A stretch of 24,040 nucleotides of DNA, taken from the IMG/VR virus record IMGVR_UViG_3300027373_000020, positions 1 to 24,040 of that record; one strand, 5' to 3'. Below are positions 1-7,670 of the stretch, in pieces. Within the stretch, counting starts at the first letter, position 1. Each line of letters starts with the position of its first letter. The translations under genes and the position numbers were made by a program. The notes under the pieces were generated by a model. The model made no database searches, had not been told where the DNA came from, and was given only the letters and a program-made list of their open reading frames with translations. Source of the stretch: a virus (lineage: Duplodnaviria > Caudoviricetes).

Positions 1-295
1 CAGCAATGGTGTGTTGGCTGTTTCCGCTGCGACCCTGGTGGAGCTCCCATGCACGACAGCGCCATCCGCTTGTGATGCGGAGGCCGATTTCTTTATACGA
101 ATTATCGCTTTTAAACTCGGTATTAACCAGGTCGCGAATGCTTTGTGCATGTTCGGCTGCCTGTTTCAGCTTCACAATTTCCATTTCGGCAATATGCTTC
201 CAGTTCATTGCAACGCCTTCGGGTGGCAATTGCCCTTCGATGAATTCGTAGAGGCTGAAATTTTCTGTTAGCTGGGTATTTTGCAGGGTTCTCAT
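1..295 (-). CDS. Endolysin, peptidase M15 family (3' end beyond the window)
   Basis: Translated by hand from ATG at 295 (ATGA overlap with the holin stop): MRTLQNTQLTENFSLYEFIEG...IGLRITSGWRCRAWELHQGRSGNSQHTIA. The LTENFSLxEF, ITSGxRC and SQH motifs are typical of peptidase M15A lysins. Absent from the ORF track because it has no stop in the window. Confidence 0.85.
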   Translation of the reverse strand, partial: MRTLQNTQLTENFSLYEFIEGQLPPEGVAMNWKHIAEMEIVKLKQAAEHAQSIRDLVNTEFKSDNSYKEIGLRITSGWRCRAWELHQGRSGNSQHTIA

Positions 296-501
296 TGTTT
301 GTCGTGATTAGATGTTTCGCTTTGTCCGAAATAGTAGGCCACGGCCATGGATCCCCAGCCAAGCACAACGCCAAGCGTCATTGAAAGCATCTCGCTGTTT
401 CCGGGAGGTATTTGAATAAAATACAGCGGAATCAGGCCAATGATACCGATAACAATGAGCACAATGCCCATCCAGAATAGCATGATAGGTTTAAGTTTCA
501 T
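292..501 (-). CDS. Putative holin (2 TM)
   Basis: 69 aa, two hydrophobic helices, C-terminal AVAYYFGQS motif like small phage holins; directly upstream of and overlapping the lysin start. Confidence 0.7.
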   Translation of the reverse strand: MKLKPIMLFWMGIVLIVIGIIGLIPLYFIQIPPGNSEMLSMTLGVVLGWGSMAVAYYFGQSETSNHDKQ

Positions 502-815
502 CGTTTTCTGAGTTCATTAATTTCGGTTTCGTGCTTTTCGATAAGCCTACCCTGATTCTCAATTTTGCTTGAGTGTTTATTTAAGCGTTCGTCGATGACA
601 TTATGTTTTTCTTCGTGTACTTCGCGACGTATTTTTTCGCCTTCAACAACGATTTGGAGAGTTGACACGCTCTGACCCATCGACTTTACCTGTGAAGCAA
701 AGTCACGAAGGAAGTAGGCGATAAGGCCCAAAAGCAAGGTTAGGATGATGCCACCAATGGCCAAGAATGCGATCAATGTTCCTTTGTCCAGTAATTCGAG
801 TGTTTGATGTTCCAT
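498..815 (-). CDS. Lysis-cassette membrane protein (1 TM plus coiled coil), holin/XhlA-like
   Basis: N-terminal TM followed by a charged heptad region; ATGA-coupled to the holin. Confidence 0.55.
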   Translation of the reverse strand: MEHQTLELLDKGTLIAFLAIGGIILTLLLGLIAYFLRDFASQVKSMGQSVSTLQIVVEGEKIRREVHEEKHNVIDERLNKHSSKIENQGRLIEKHETEINELRKR

Positions 816-828
816 AATTGTTAGATAT

Positions 829-1284
829 TTAAGATAAGAGAATAAGGGTTGTTGTGATCAGTAATCCAAGTATTTTGATTGTAAAAAACAGCCAGTCACT
901 TGTTTTAATGGTATCGGATCGGGCTACTGTTCCACGGTACCAGAACGTCAAACCCAAGAACCAATTCCAGCAGGCATCGAACCACAGCCAGCGTACAGAT
1001 GCAGCCCACAAACTCACCCATAAAAGGAACCAGCTTATCCCAAACATCCAAAAGGCCAGGTTGGCTATGACAAAGCCCTTGATGAAAGCATCAAGGGCAT
1101 GCCACAGGCGGCTGTAATATTTTTGCTTTGCGATCATTCCGGCCAGTGATTCGGGCGAAAGATCGGATCGTTTGCTATTTGCAAAGTAGCTCTTATCCTT
1201 GTGCTGCCAAACATCATGCAAGGCATCGGCAGCAAAGTAAACTATCAGGAAGAGCAACAGGTAAACAAAAATGGTGAGTGTCAT
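829..1284 (-). CDS. Phage multi-pass membrane protein, function unknown
   Basis: 151 aa, 3-4 hydrophobic Trp-rich segments; in operon between tail and lysis genes. Confidence 0.7.
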   Translation of the reverse strand: MTLTIFVYLLLFLIVYFAADALHDVWQHKDKSYFANSKRSDLSPESLAGMIAKQKYYSRLWHALDAFIKGFVIANLAFWMFGISWFLLWVSLWAASVRWLWFDACWNWFLGLTFWYRGTVARSDTIKTSDWLFFTIKILGLLITTTLILLS

Positions 1285-1286
1285 GG

Positions 1287-1808
1287 CTATTGTTTGTTAA
1301 ATTCGTCAACGGAAATTTCACGAACCATAAACTCGATGATCTGCATAACAGCATCGGATGTATTGACAGGGAGATCGTCGAAATTAAGCATGAAAACAGG
1401 GATATCGTCTTCATATTCCTCGTTAAGGAACTGCTCATACTCCTCCATTTTGGCCTTGTACTCAGTGATGGTTTCAGCAAACTTTTTGTCGAGTGTTTCT
1501 TTCTTCTTGGTGAACTCAGGCGATTGAGTGTCAACATCATACATTTCGGCAATTTGACCTCCAGGACCAGACACTTGTTTGGTTTTGCCTTTTGAGAGGG
1601 TTTCGTAGAGGGATTTGACCTCTTTCTGGTATTCCTCATGTTTCTTATGAACTTCGGGCATCACCTTATCGAACATAAGGCTTTCGGCAATGCGTTCGAA
1701 CTTACGCCTGTTCTTTTCCTTAGCATAGGAGACACGGACGTTGGCAATGTCCATCTGACGGCCTAGTTGGTTGGCCTTAATGATTACTTCTCTTCGTTTT
1801 AGTTTCAT
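1287..1808 (-). CDS. Helical phage protein, DUF1617-like (tail-associated)
   Basis: 173 aa; MKLK start and SYAxxKNxRK motif resemble proteins commonly found after tail fibre genes. Confidence 0.55.
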   Translation of the reverse strand: MKLKRREVIIKANQLGRQMDIANVRVSYAKEKNRRKFERIAESLMFDKVMPEVHKKHEEYQKEVKSLYETLSKGKTKQVSGPGGQIAEMYDVDTQSPEFTKKKETLDKKFAETITEYKAKMEEYEQFLNEEYEDDIPVFMLNFDDLPVNTSDAVMQIIEFMVREISVDEFNKQ

Positions 1809-1810
1809 AA

Positions 1811-2023
1811 CTATTGATTATTTGGGTTATTAATGGACTGGTTTGATTTCCCTGTTAATTTGGGTGGAATGAATTTAGATTCTGACTGAATCTCTGGGTC
1901 TAACGTTGATTTTACATGTAACAAACTACTAGGAGGTTTACCACCTAAAGTGATACACCCTGATACAGATATAAATTCAGGATTGTCATCATACACAACT
2001 TTTGAAGATTCTTCTTTTTTCAT
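1811..2023 (-). CDS. Small hypothetical protein carrying one fibre-repeat-like motif
   Basis: 70 aa, fills the gap between neighbours; GCITLGGKPPSSLLHV resembles the fibre repeat GNVGIGxxPxxKLDV. Confidence 0.45.
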   Translation of the reverse strand: MKKEESSKVVYDDNPEFISVSGCITLGGKPPSSLLHVKSTLDPEIQSESKFIPPKLTGKSNQSINNPNNQ

Positions 2024-2040
2024 TTGATGAAATATTTAGT

Positions 2041-2385
2041 TTAAAGATCGTCCTCCGCATCGGCGAAGAAATTTGTTTCGTGCTGCTGACGCAAGGTTTC
2101 ATAGGTGACGGGATCCTGAACGTATTCAAAGCGTGGACTTGGTTCCTTTACCCTGTTATACAATTCTTCACGTGAATGATCAATACCTTCGACCACAACG
2201 GACCGTGTTGTGAGCAGCAATGACCCCCATTGAAGGGTGTGTTTTTCGGCCTCATAGGTTGCTTTGTCCTTAAACAGGGCCAATTCAACATGAGTATTAT
2301 TCTGTAGCTTATCCTCCATCCTTCGGATAATTGTCCAATAATCGGCATCGAAGCCTTTCCAGTTTGTTTTCTTAATGAGTGCCAT
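2041..2385 (-). CDS. Putative tail fibre assembly/chaperone-like protein
   Basis: 114 aa right after the fibre gene; MALIK...ADYW start and FFADAEDD end resemble small fibre-associated phage proteins. Confidence 0.5.
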   Translation of the reverse strand: MALIKKTNWKGFDADYWTIIRRMEDKLQNNTHVELALFKDKATYEAEKHTLQWGSLLLTTRSVVVEGIDHSREELYNRVKEPSPRFEYVQDPVTYETLRQQHETNFFADAEDDL

Positions 2386-2422
2386 ATATTTATGGTTTTA
2401 AATTATTATATTTTATTATACA

Positions 2423-5074
2423 TTAGCGTTTTACGTTACCTGAAATAAAGTATCCATACTGGCTATTGCTGGTGGCATGAATGAACACCACATCGCCTGA
2501 TGAAAGTACGATAGTGGGATTGCCACCATTGGCCTTGTCGGTGCCTTGACGGAGTATAGTGATGGTGTAGGCAGCTGTACCATTGATGACCATATAATTA
2601 CGACCGGCAACAGATGTCCGATCGGGCAGAGTGAAGTTTGCATTGCCGGTAGCTGCATTGGTCAGCATATAGCAATAGGCATCGCCGAGGGTGGTGTTGC
2701 CTGTGACTTCGGCAGTAGGACCAAAGCCAACACTGTCGTGAATATCGAACCCCGATTTAGCTGTTGGCAGAGTTGCTGTGATGTCAATGCCTGAAGTTTT
2801 GACGATCAGATTGCCATACCGATCGAGCCCAAACCGGTACTGATCAACATTGCCCATTTGGCTGTCGAGGGCATTGGCAAAAAACAAGGCCGTTGGATGC
2901 GAAGTAGCACCATGGGCGGCACTTGCCACAGCTGTAATGCGGGCCGAAGCTGAATTATCCTCTGATTTAGGCACGAAGCCATAAGAGCCAATTAGGTTAT
3001 TAACACTCAGGTCAGCTGAATGTATGCGGTACACAGCCACACCTGCTGTATCGTAATTGCCACCAAGCACCCGGAGGACACCTATACCCGAGGCTGTGCC
3101 ATCCAGGGCAAGTTGACCCTGCGGACGTGTAACAAGCGAGGCGTAAACTGTAGAGTCGTAGTAAACTTTAAGAGCCCCAGTTACTTTTATGTTTCCGGCT
3201 ACATCAAGTTTTTCAGCAGGAATCGTAGTTCCTATTCCAACACCAGTTGAGTTAATATACATCTGAAAAGAGGTGGGCCGTGCTTCATATGATTTAAACC
3301 CAATTCCTGCATAAGAACCAATAGCTAATCCGCCAGCAGCGACGAAGTCTTGTCTTGTAATTGAGTATATTAAAGTAGGCGTTGGGGAGTATCCATATAT
3401 ACCTGTATTTGCTCCGCTTATTGCAGCCAATCTAATATTACCATTAACATCCAACTTATCTACGGGAGATTTCCCAATCCCCACATTGGTTCCATTATCA
3501 ATTATTTGAGAATTACCTATTGTAGTTCCGCCAGCATTATTAAATTTAGCTACATAGTTTTGTGTTCCTGAGATACTACCTGCAAGAGCAAATGCACTTG
3601 AGTGTAGACCATCAAGAAGATCAGCGTTTAAGTTATTTACTAAAGTAGTGCTTGCCACAACTAAAGGAGGAGTTCCGGTAGCAACCGAAGAAACAATAGG
3701 AACTAAAAATGAGTCTAGATTATTTGCGGAAATTTCAGATATCCATATGTCAGAAAATTTCTGAACTGATAGAGTTCCGTAACCGGTTAAAAACAAAGTT
3801 TTAACATAAGCCGTACCGTTGTACCAAGCATTAGAATCATACACATAATTAGCCGGTGCAGGTTTCAGAGTAGCCGCATACTTAGTCCACACATTAGGAA
3901 GCATAACAGCTGCAGCAAGTGTATATTTATAACTGCCTGTTGAGCCACTTGCTTGTCTTAAGTGTACTCCTGCCGCCAATGCAGGACCGGGCCAAGGAGC
4001 TGCGAGGGTTAAAACATTACCTGCAACACTTATGAATGTACCTGTATTATATTCAGCCCTGAGAACGCGAGTGTGATTTCTGGAATAGCCATAATCGGGA
4101 TAAGTATAACCTTTGCTATTTGTATATGGGAACCATACAAAGTGTGAGTATGAAGCATACCAACCAGTCCCATTTACTAATGTAATTGTAGTATCACCAA
4201 TATTCAATGGTAAAGCCAACTCAGTATCAGCGGCACCGGGTATTTTTGCAGCATAACCAGCCTGATTTAGAAGCCCATCAATATCATACTCGGCAAAACC
4301 TATGTACGCCCTGTTTCCTGTGCTATAATCACTACCGTCTGCATTACCTGCTTTAGCCCATGCCGAATACTGGTAATATCTTGTTGTATCTATAGGAATC
4401 AGTTCATTACTTATATGTGAGAATTGAGTTCTACCTGTAAAACTACCCAAACCACCATGCACATCAATCACATCAAAGACGAGGGTGTTGAAGTTGTAGT
4501 TACTATTCATCAACCCACTACCATTAGTAACAAGATTCATTCCCCTGGCCTGAACATAACCAGTGTAATAACTACCGTGCTGACCATCCAATAAATCAGC
4601 GTTAAGATTAGATACTAAAGTTGGAGAAGTAACCACCAACGGAGCAGTCCCAGAAGCAACAGTGGAAATAAGTTGATTGCTACTTCTTATAGCACCTGCA
4701 ACATCAAACTTAACCCCTGGAGCAACACCTACTCCGACGTTGCCAGAGTTGTAGTAAATATCATTGCCGGTCTTTGTCCAATACGACAATCCATTCACAA
4801 AAGCCGACCTACTTATCCACTCAGTTCCGGTGTAATAATAGTGCCCTGCATCGGCATCAGACCAAGTTTCCCATCCGGCCGCCGGAGCATCGAACCACCA
4901 GTTAGTACCGTCGGACCATGCAATTTTGTTGGCATGGCCTGTGAAAGCATCAGTGGGTGAACTGCCTACAATAACCCTCCGCCCAACAGCATGGGCAGGG
5001 GGTGTGTTGTAGAAGCCTATTACTGCAAGTTGCGCAGCATCGAAGTCCCGTGTGCTAACCCTGAATGACGGCAT
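2423..5074 (-). CDS. Tail fibre / receptor-binding protein with N-terminal DUF2793-like domain, mosaic
   Basis: 883 aa Gly/Thr/Ala-rich; N-terminal TPP...GxRxIVG...PT..F.G....IA....W...P..GW; two NLNADLLDG repeats; three GxGxxPxxKxDVxG repeats; C-terminal FTLP..GRNYMVIN module. Confidence 0.8.
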   Translation of the reverse strand: MPSFRVSTRDFDAAQLAVIGFYNTPPAHAVGRRVIVGSSPTDAFTGHANKIAWSDGTNWWFDAPAAGWETWSDADAGHYYYTGTEWISRSAFVNGLSYWTKTGNDIYYNSGNVGVGVAPGVKFDVAGAIRSSNQLISTVASGTAPLVVTSPTLVSNLNADLLDGQHGSYYTGYVQARGMNLVTNGSGLMNSNYNFNTLVFDVIDVHGGLGSFTGRTQFSHISNELIPIDTTRYYQYSAWAKAGNADGSDYSTGNRAYIGFAEYDIDGLLNQAGYAAKIPGAADTELALPLNIGDTTITLVNGTGWYASYSHFVWFPYTNSKGYTYPDYGYSRNHTRVLRAEYNTGTFISVAGNVLTLAAPWPGPALAAGVHLRQASGSTGSYKYTLAAAVMLPNVWTKYAATLKPAPANYVYDSNAWYNGTAYVKTLFLTGYGTLSVQKFSDIWISEISANNLDSFLVPIVSSVATGTPPLVVASTTLVNNLNADLLDGLHSSAFALAGSISGTQNYVAKFNNAGGTTIGNSQIIDNGTNVGIGKSPVDKLDVNGNIRLAAISGANTGIYGYSPTPTLIYSITRQDFVAAGGLAIGSYAGIGFKSYEARPTSFQMYINSTGVGIGTTIPAEKLDVAGNIKVTGALKVYYDSTVYASLVTRPQGQLALDGTASGIGVLRVLGGNYDTAGVAVYRIHSADLSVNNLIGSYGFVPKSEDNSASARITAVASAAHGATSHPTALFFANALDSQMGNVDQYRFGLDRYGNLIVKTSGIDITATLPTAKSGFDIHDSVGFGPTAEVTGNTTLGDAYCYMLTNAATGNANFTLPDRTSVAGRNYMVINGTAAYTITILRQGTDKANGGNPTIVLSSGDVVFIHATSNSQYGYFISGNVKR
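3602..4666 (-). repeat. Two diverged 90-bp direct repeats (3602-3691 and 4577-4666) within the fibre gene
   Basis: They encode STVASGTAPLVVTSPTLVSNLNADLLDGQH and SSVATGTPPLVVASTTLVNNLNADLLDGLH, offset by 975 nt in frame. Confidence 0.85.
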
Positions 5075-5077
5075 AAA

Positions 5078-6052
5078 CTATTCGGTGTAGATGATTGATT
5101 TAAGTGAGCTTGAATACGACATATCACGGTGAATTGTTGCTGTAGCAATGTGTGTGTCAATCTGAGCATGGGTATTTGTACCTCTGTTCAAGATCACTGT
5201 ATGATCAATGGCACTCTGGGCGTAGTGAATTGTTGTGTCGGCAATGTGTCCTGTGACTGTTGCGACAGCAAGGCCGGAGTCTTTGATAACCTTACCGGAA
5301 GTGCCATTGAAAGAGGCAATGCGATCAGCTACAGCACTAGCAGGACCTGTTACAGCTCCATCAATGTTTTGCTGAATGATGTTCCAGTTTGTTCCCACTG
5401 TTGCGTGAGTTCCGGCAGCAGAGCCATCGACAGTACAGATCAGCATATCACCGGCTTCGACGTTCGGTCCTGAAGCACCGCCGATTTTACCTGCAACAGA
5501 AACTTTGTAGGTGTGGCCGGAATCGGCAGCAGGGTAGTTGGGACTTGCTGAACAATCAATTACCCCCTTGTACACCATTGCATCATTTGCTCCCAGAACA
5601 GCGTTGATAGCATCACGAACGGCTTTTTCCGTTGCGATACTTACATCGTCGGCTGAGCCCGATGCCCGGACTGTAGTAACAGGGGTAAGACCGTCTTTGA
5701 TTTGGTCGCCTGTGGTGCCATCCCATTGCGGGATTTTGTTATTTGTACTGGAGGCGATTTTTTTAACAAACTCGCCAAGGTTTGCGGCTGTCCAGGCTGA
5801 ACCGATGTAGGCGTAGTCTTTGTTTTCGGCAGTAACAAACGCACGCCAACCAGCAACCGGAACATCATACCACCATTGGGAGGCATCACGCCATGCAATT
5901 TGTCCGGTTTTGCCAACCCACACACCTGTGGGAACAGTACCGACAATGTAACGATCTCCTGCAACCGGACTAGCGGGAGGAGTGTTCAGGATTGAGATCA
6001 CCGGCTGTTGCCAACTGTGGTCTTCTAAAACGGGAATTCTTTTTTGTGCCAT
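5078..6052 (-). CDS. DUF2793-domain tail protein
   Basis: SWQQPVISILNTPPASPVAGDRYIVGTVPTGVWVGKTGQIAW...PVAGW matches the DUF2793 pattern; followed by fibre-shaft motifs (VTGPASAVADRIASFNGTSGKVIKDSG, GTNTHAQIDTHI). Confidence 0.8.
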   Translation of the reverse strand: MAQKRIPVLEDHSWQQPVISILNTPPASPVAGDRYIVGTVPTGVWVGKTGQIAWRDASQWWYDVPVAGWRAFVTAENKDYAYIGSAWTAANLGEFVKKIASSTNNKIPQWDGTTGDQIKDGLTPVTTVRASGSADDVSIATEKAVRDAINAVLGANDAMVYKGVIDCSASPNYPAADSGHTYKVSVAGKIGGASGPNVEAGDMLICTVDGSAAGTHATVGTNWNIIQQNIDGAVTGPASAVADRIASFNGTSGKVIKDSGLAVATVTGHIADTTIHYAQSAIDHTVILNRGTNTHAQIDTHIATATIHRDMSYSSSLKSIIYTE

Positions 6053-6072
6053 TTTGTTTAAAGTATTAAGGG

Positions 6073-6534
6073 TTAGTCATTTATCAAGTATGCTTTTAAA
6101 TTTTCGTCATAATTCATCTCACGGTGGCGGTCGGCTTCATAGTTGAGAAGATTGTTGTGATTAATATGGGTTTCATCAAGTCCAATGATTATTTTTTTTT
6201 CAGGAAAATCATACTGCAGCGATATCTGATTACCAACCCCTTGAATTGTTTCTGCCTCAACCGTGAAGTAATCAATAGATGTTTCTGAATCAGTTACCAG
6301 TATCTGACCTTTAACAGCCTGAACAATATGATCGTCCGTACTTATTATTGCATGTTTTCTGGTATGTGAGTCGCCACCTATCTGTATTACTTCTTTTACA
6401 CCATTAACCTCCTTTATTGCAAATAATTTGGCATCGTGCTGGTTAAAAGCCAGTGTGTCTACATCAATTTGCTGAACAGTTGGAACAACGCCCGCTATTC
6501 TGCTTTTTTTAAGCTTCCAAAACTGATCAGCCAT
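6073..6534 (-). CDS. Tail protein with Mtd-N/fibre-anchor-like N-terminus
   Basis: KLKKSRIAGVVPT...LAFNQHDAKLF resembles the N-terminal trimerisation/anchor motif of tail fibres. Confidence 0.55.
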   Translation of the reverse strand: MADQFWKLKKSRIAGVVPTVQQIDVDTLAFNQHDAKLFAIKEVNGVKEVIQIGGDSHTRKHAIISTDDHIVQAVKGQILVTDSETSIDYFTVEAETIQGVGNQISLQYDFPEKKIIIGLDETHINHNNLLNYEADRHREMNYDENLKAYLIND

Positions 6535-7625
6535 TATTGTATTATGTATAATCGCTCATATTCCAGTTCAACCGATCCGGGCTCGTAATTGCGCTCTGTA
6601 CGATCCATGCTCGTGTTTTTTATCATAACCGGGCAGCTTGTATTTCCCTTTAACTCATAAACTTCGGTAGCAATAACAAGGTCGTTAAGCCAGTTTTTTT
6701 CGTCCGGAAGCAGCCAACCGGTATTAACCTTTACAATCTCTGTTTCTTCAGCCTTTTTAACTGATTTGTTTAGCCTGCCGGCATGTGCTGCATCAAACAC
6801 ATTTTCAGTTACTATTCGTTCAATTTCAGAATTTTCATCAGCTTCACCAGTGCAGGCGAGTGTATCATACCCTCCAAGGCTGTTTCGAAAAACAATGAAA
6901 CGCTTATCGCGATAAGCTGAATAATCAAGTTCGTAAATACGACTTCCGTATGCGTTTTCGATTTCAATAACATACCGCATTATCTTCTTCTCCGATAAGG
7001 CTGAAAGATTCAATTGCTCATACCCAACCGGAAAACTGCCCACCTGGTATTTCGAGAGTTCAAGGTAAAGAGGACGGTGAACCATTGATGTGTTGTCATC
7101 AAACGTAATAGTAATAACGAGTGTGAATTGAGCAGCTGCTGGAGCTATAAAATAAACTACTTCAGGCTGTTCTGGCAGTATTTTCTTAATTTCATGCGGA
7201 TAAAAACTCAAAATTGAACTAACCAACATTAAATCGTAAAAACTATTGAATTGGTTATAAAAAGCGAGTTGTTTCCATTTCGGAATTTTACCTGCGAGCA
7301 ACCATCGAGCTACACCTGTCATATCATGACTTTCTGGAGGGTTACCATAATACTGGTAAAACTTAACATAAAATTCCTTACAGGCATCCGGGTGAACAAC
7401 TGCTTCATTGAGCTGTAGCGAAACCTGCAGCTGTGTAAAAAAATACTCCGAAAGTTCAAATGTGGCTATTTTCGATACCTGGTCAACAGGCAATAGCTCA
7501 AAGAAATCATCCACGGGCTCAGCCATTATCTTAAGCAGGTTGTCAGCGTAATCACTGAACACCCTCCAAACAAACGGCGATCCTACCAGTGAAACAAGTG
7601 GTGGTGCTGATTCAATGTTAAACAT
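6534..7625 (-). CDS. Putative tail tip / minor tail protein
   Basis: 363 aa directly after the tape measure; FRNSLGGYDT...TG and NTGWL...DL....VY motifs recur in Bacteroidota phage tail proteins. Confidence 0.6.
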   Translation of the reverse strand: MFNIESAPPLVSLVGSPFVWRVFSDYADNLLKIMAEPVDDFFELLPVDQVSKIATFELSEYFFTQLQVSLQLNEAVVHPDACKEFYVKFYQYYGNPPESHDMTGVARWLLAGKIPKWKQLAFYNQFNSFYDLMLVSSILSFYPHEIKKILPEQPEVVYFIAPAAAQFTLVITITFDDNTSMVHRPLYLELSKYQVGSFPVGYEQLNLSALSEKKIMRYVIEIENAYGSRIYELDYSAYRDKRFIVFRNSLGGYDTLACTGEADENSEIERIVTENVFDAAHAGRLNKSVKKAEETEIVKVNTGWLLPDEKNWLNDLVIATEVYELKGNTSCPVMIKNTSMDRTERNYEPGSVELEYERLYIIQ

Positions 7626-7629
7626 AAGG

Positions 7630-7665
7630 CAATTATATAGCCTGCATGTTTTAAAAAAAAGGACA
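7630..7665 (-). promoter_or_regulatory. Putative phage late promoter, copy 1 (TGTCC-N23-TATAATTG)
   Basis: Same motif and spacing as 15161-15196 and 15679-15714; ATG follows 4 nt after the -7-like box. Confidence 0.7.
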
Positions 7666-7670
7666 TTAAA

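Noticed and set aside
2423-6534. Diversity-generating retroelement or invertible fibre cassette
   Set aside because: No reverse transcriptase or recombinase in the window, no near-identical repeat pair differing only at adenines, and no inverted fibre segments; the repeats are diverged at all bases
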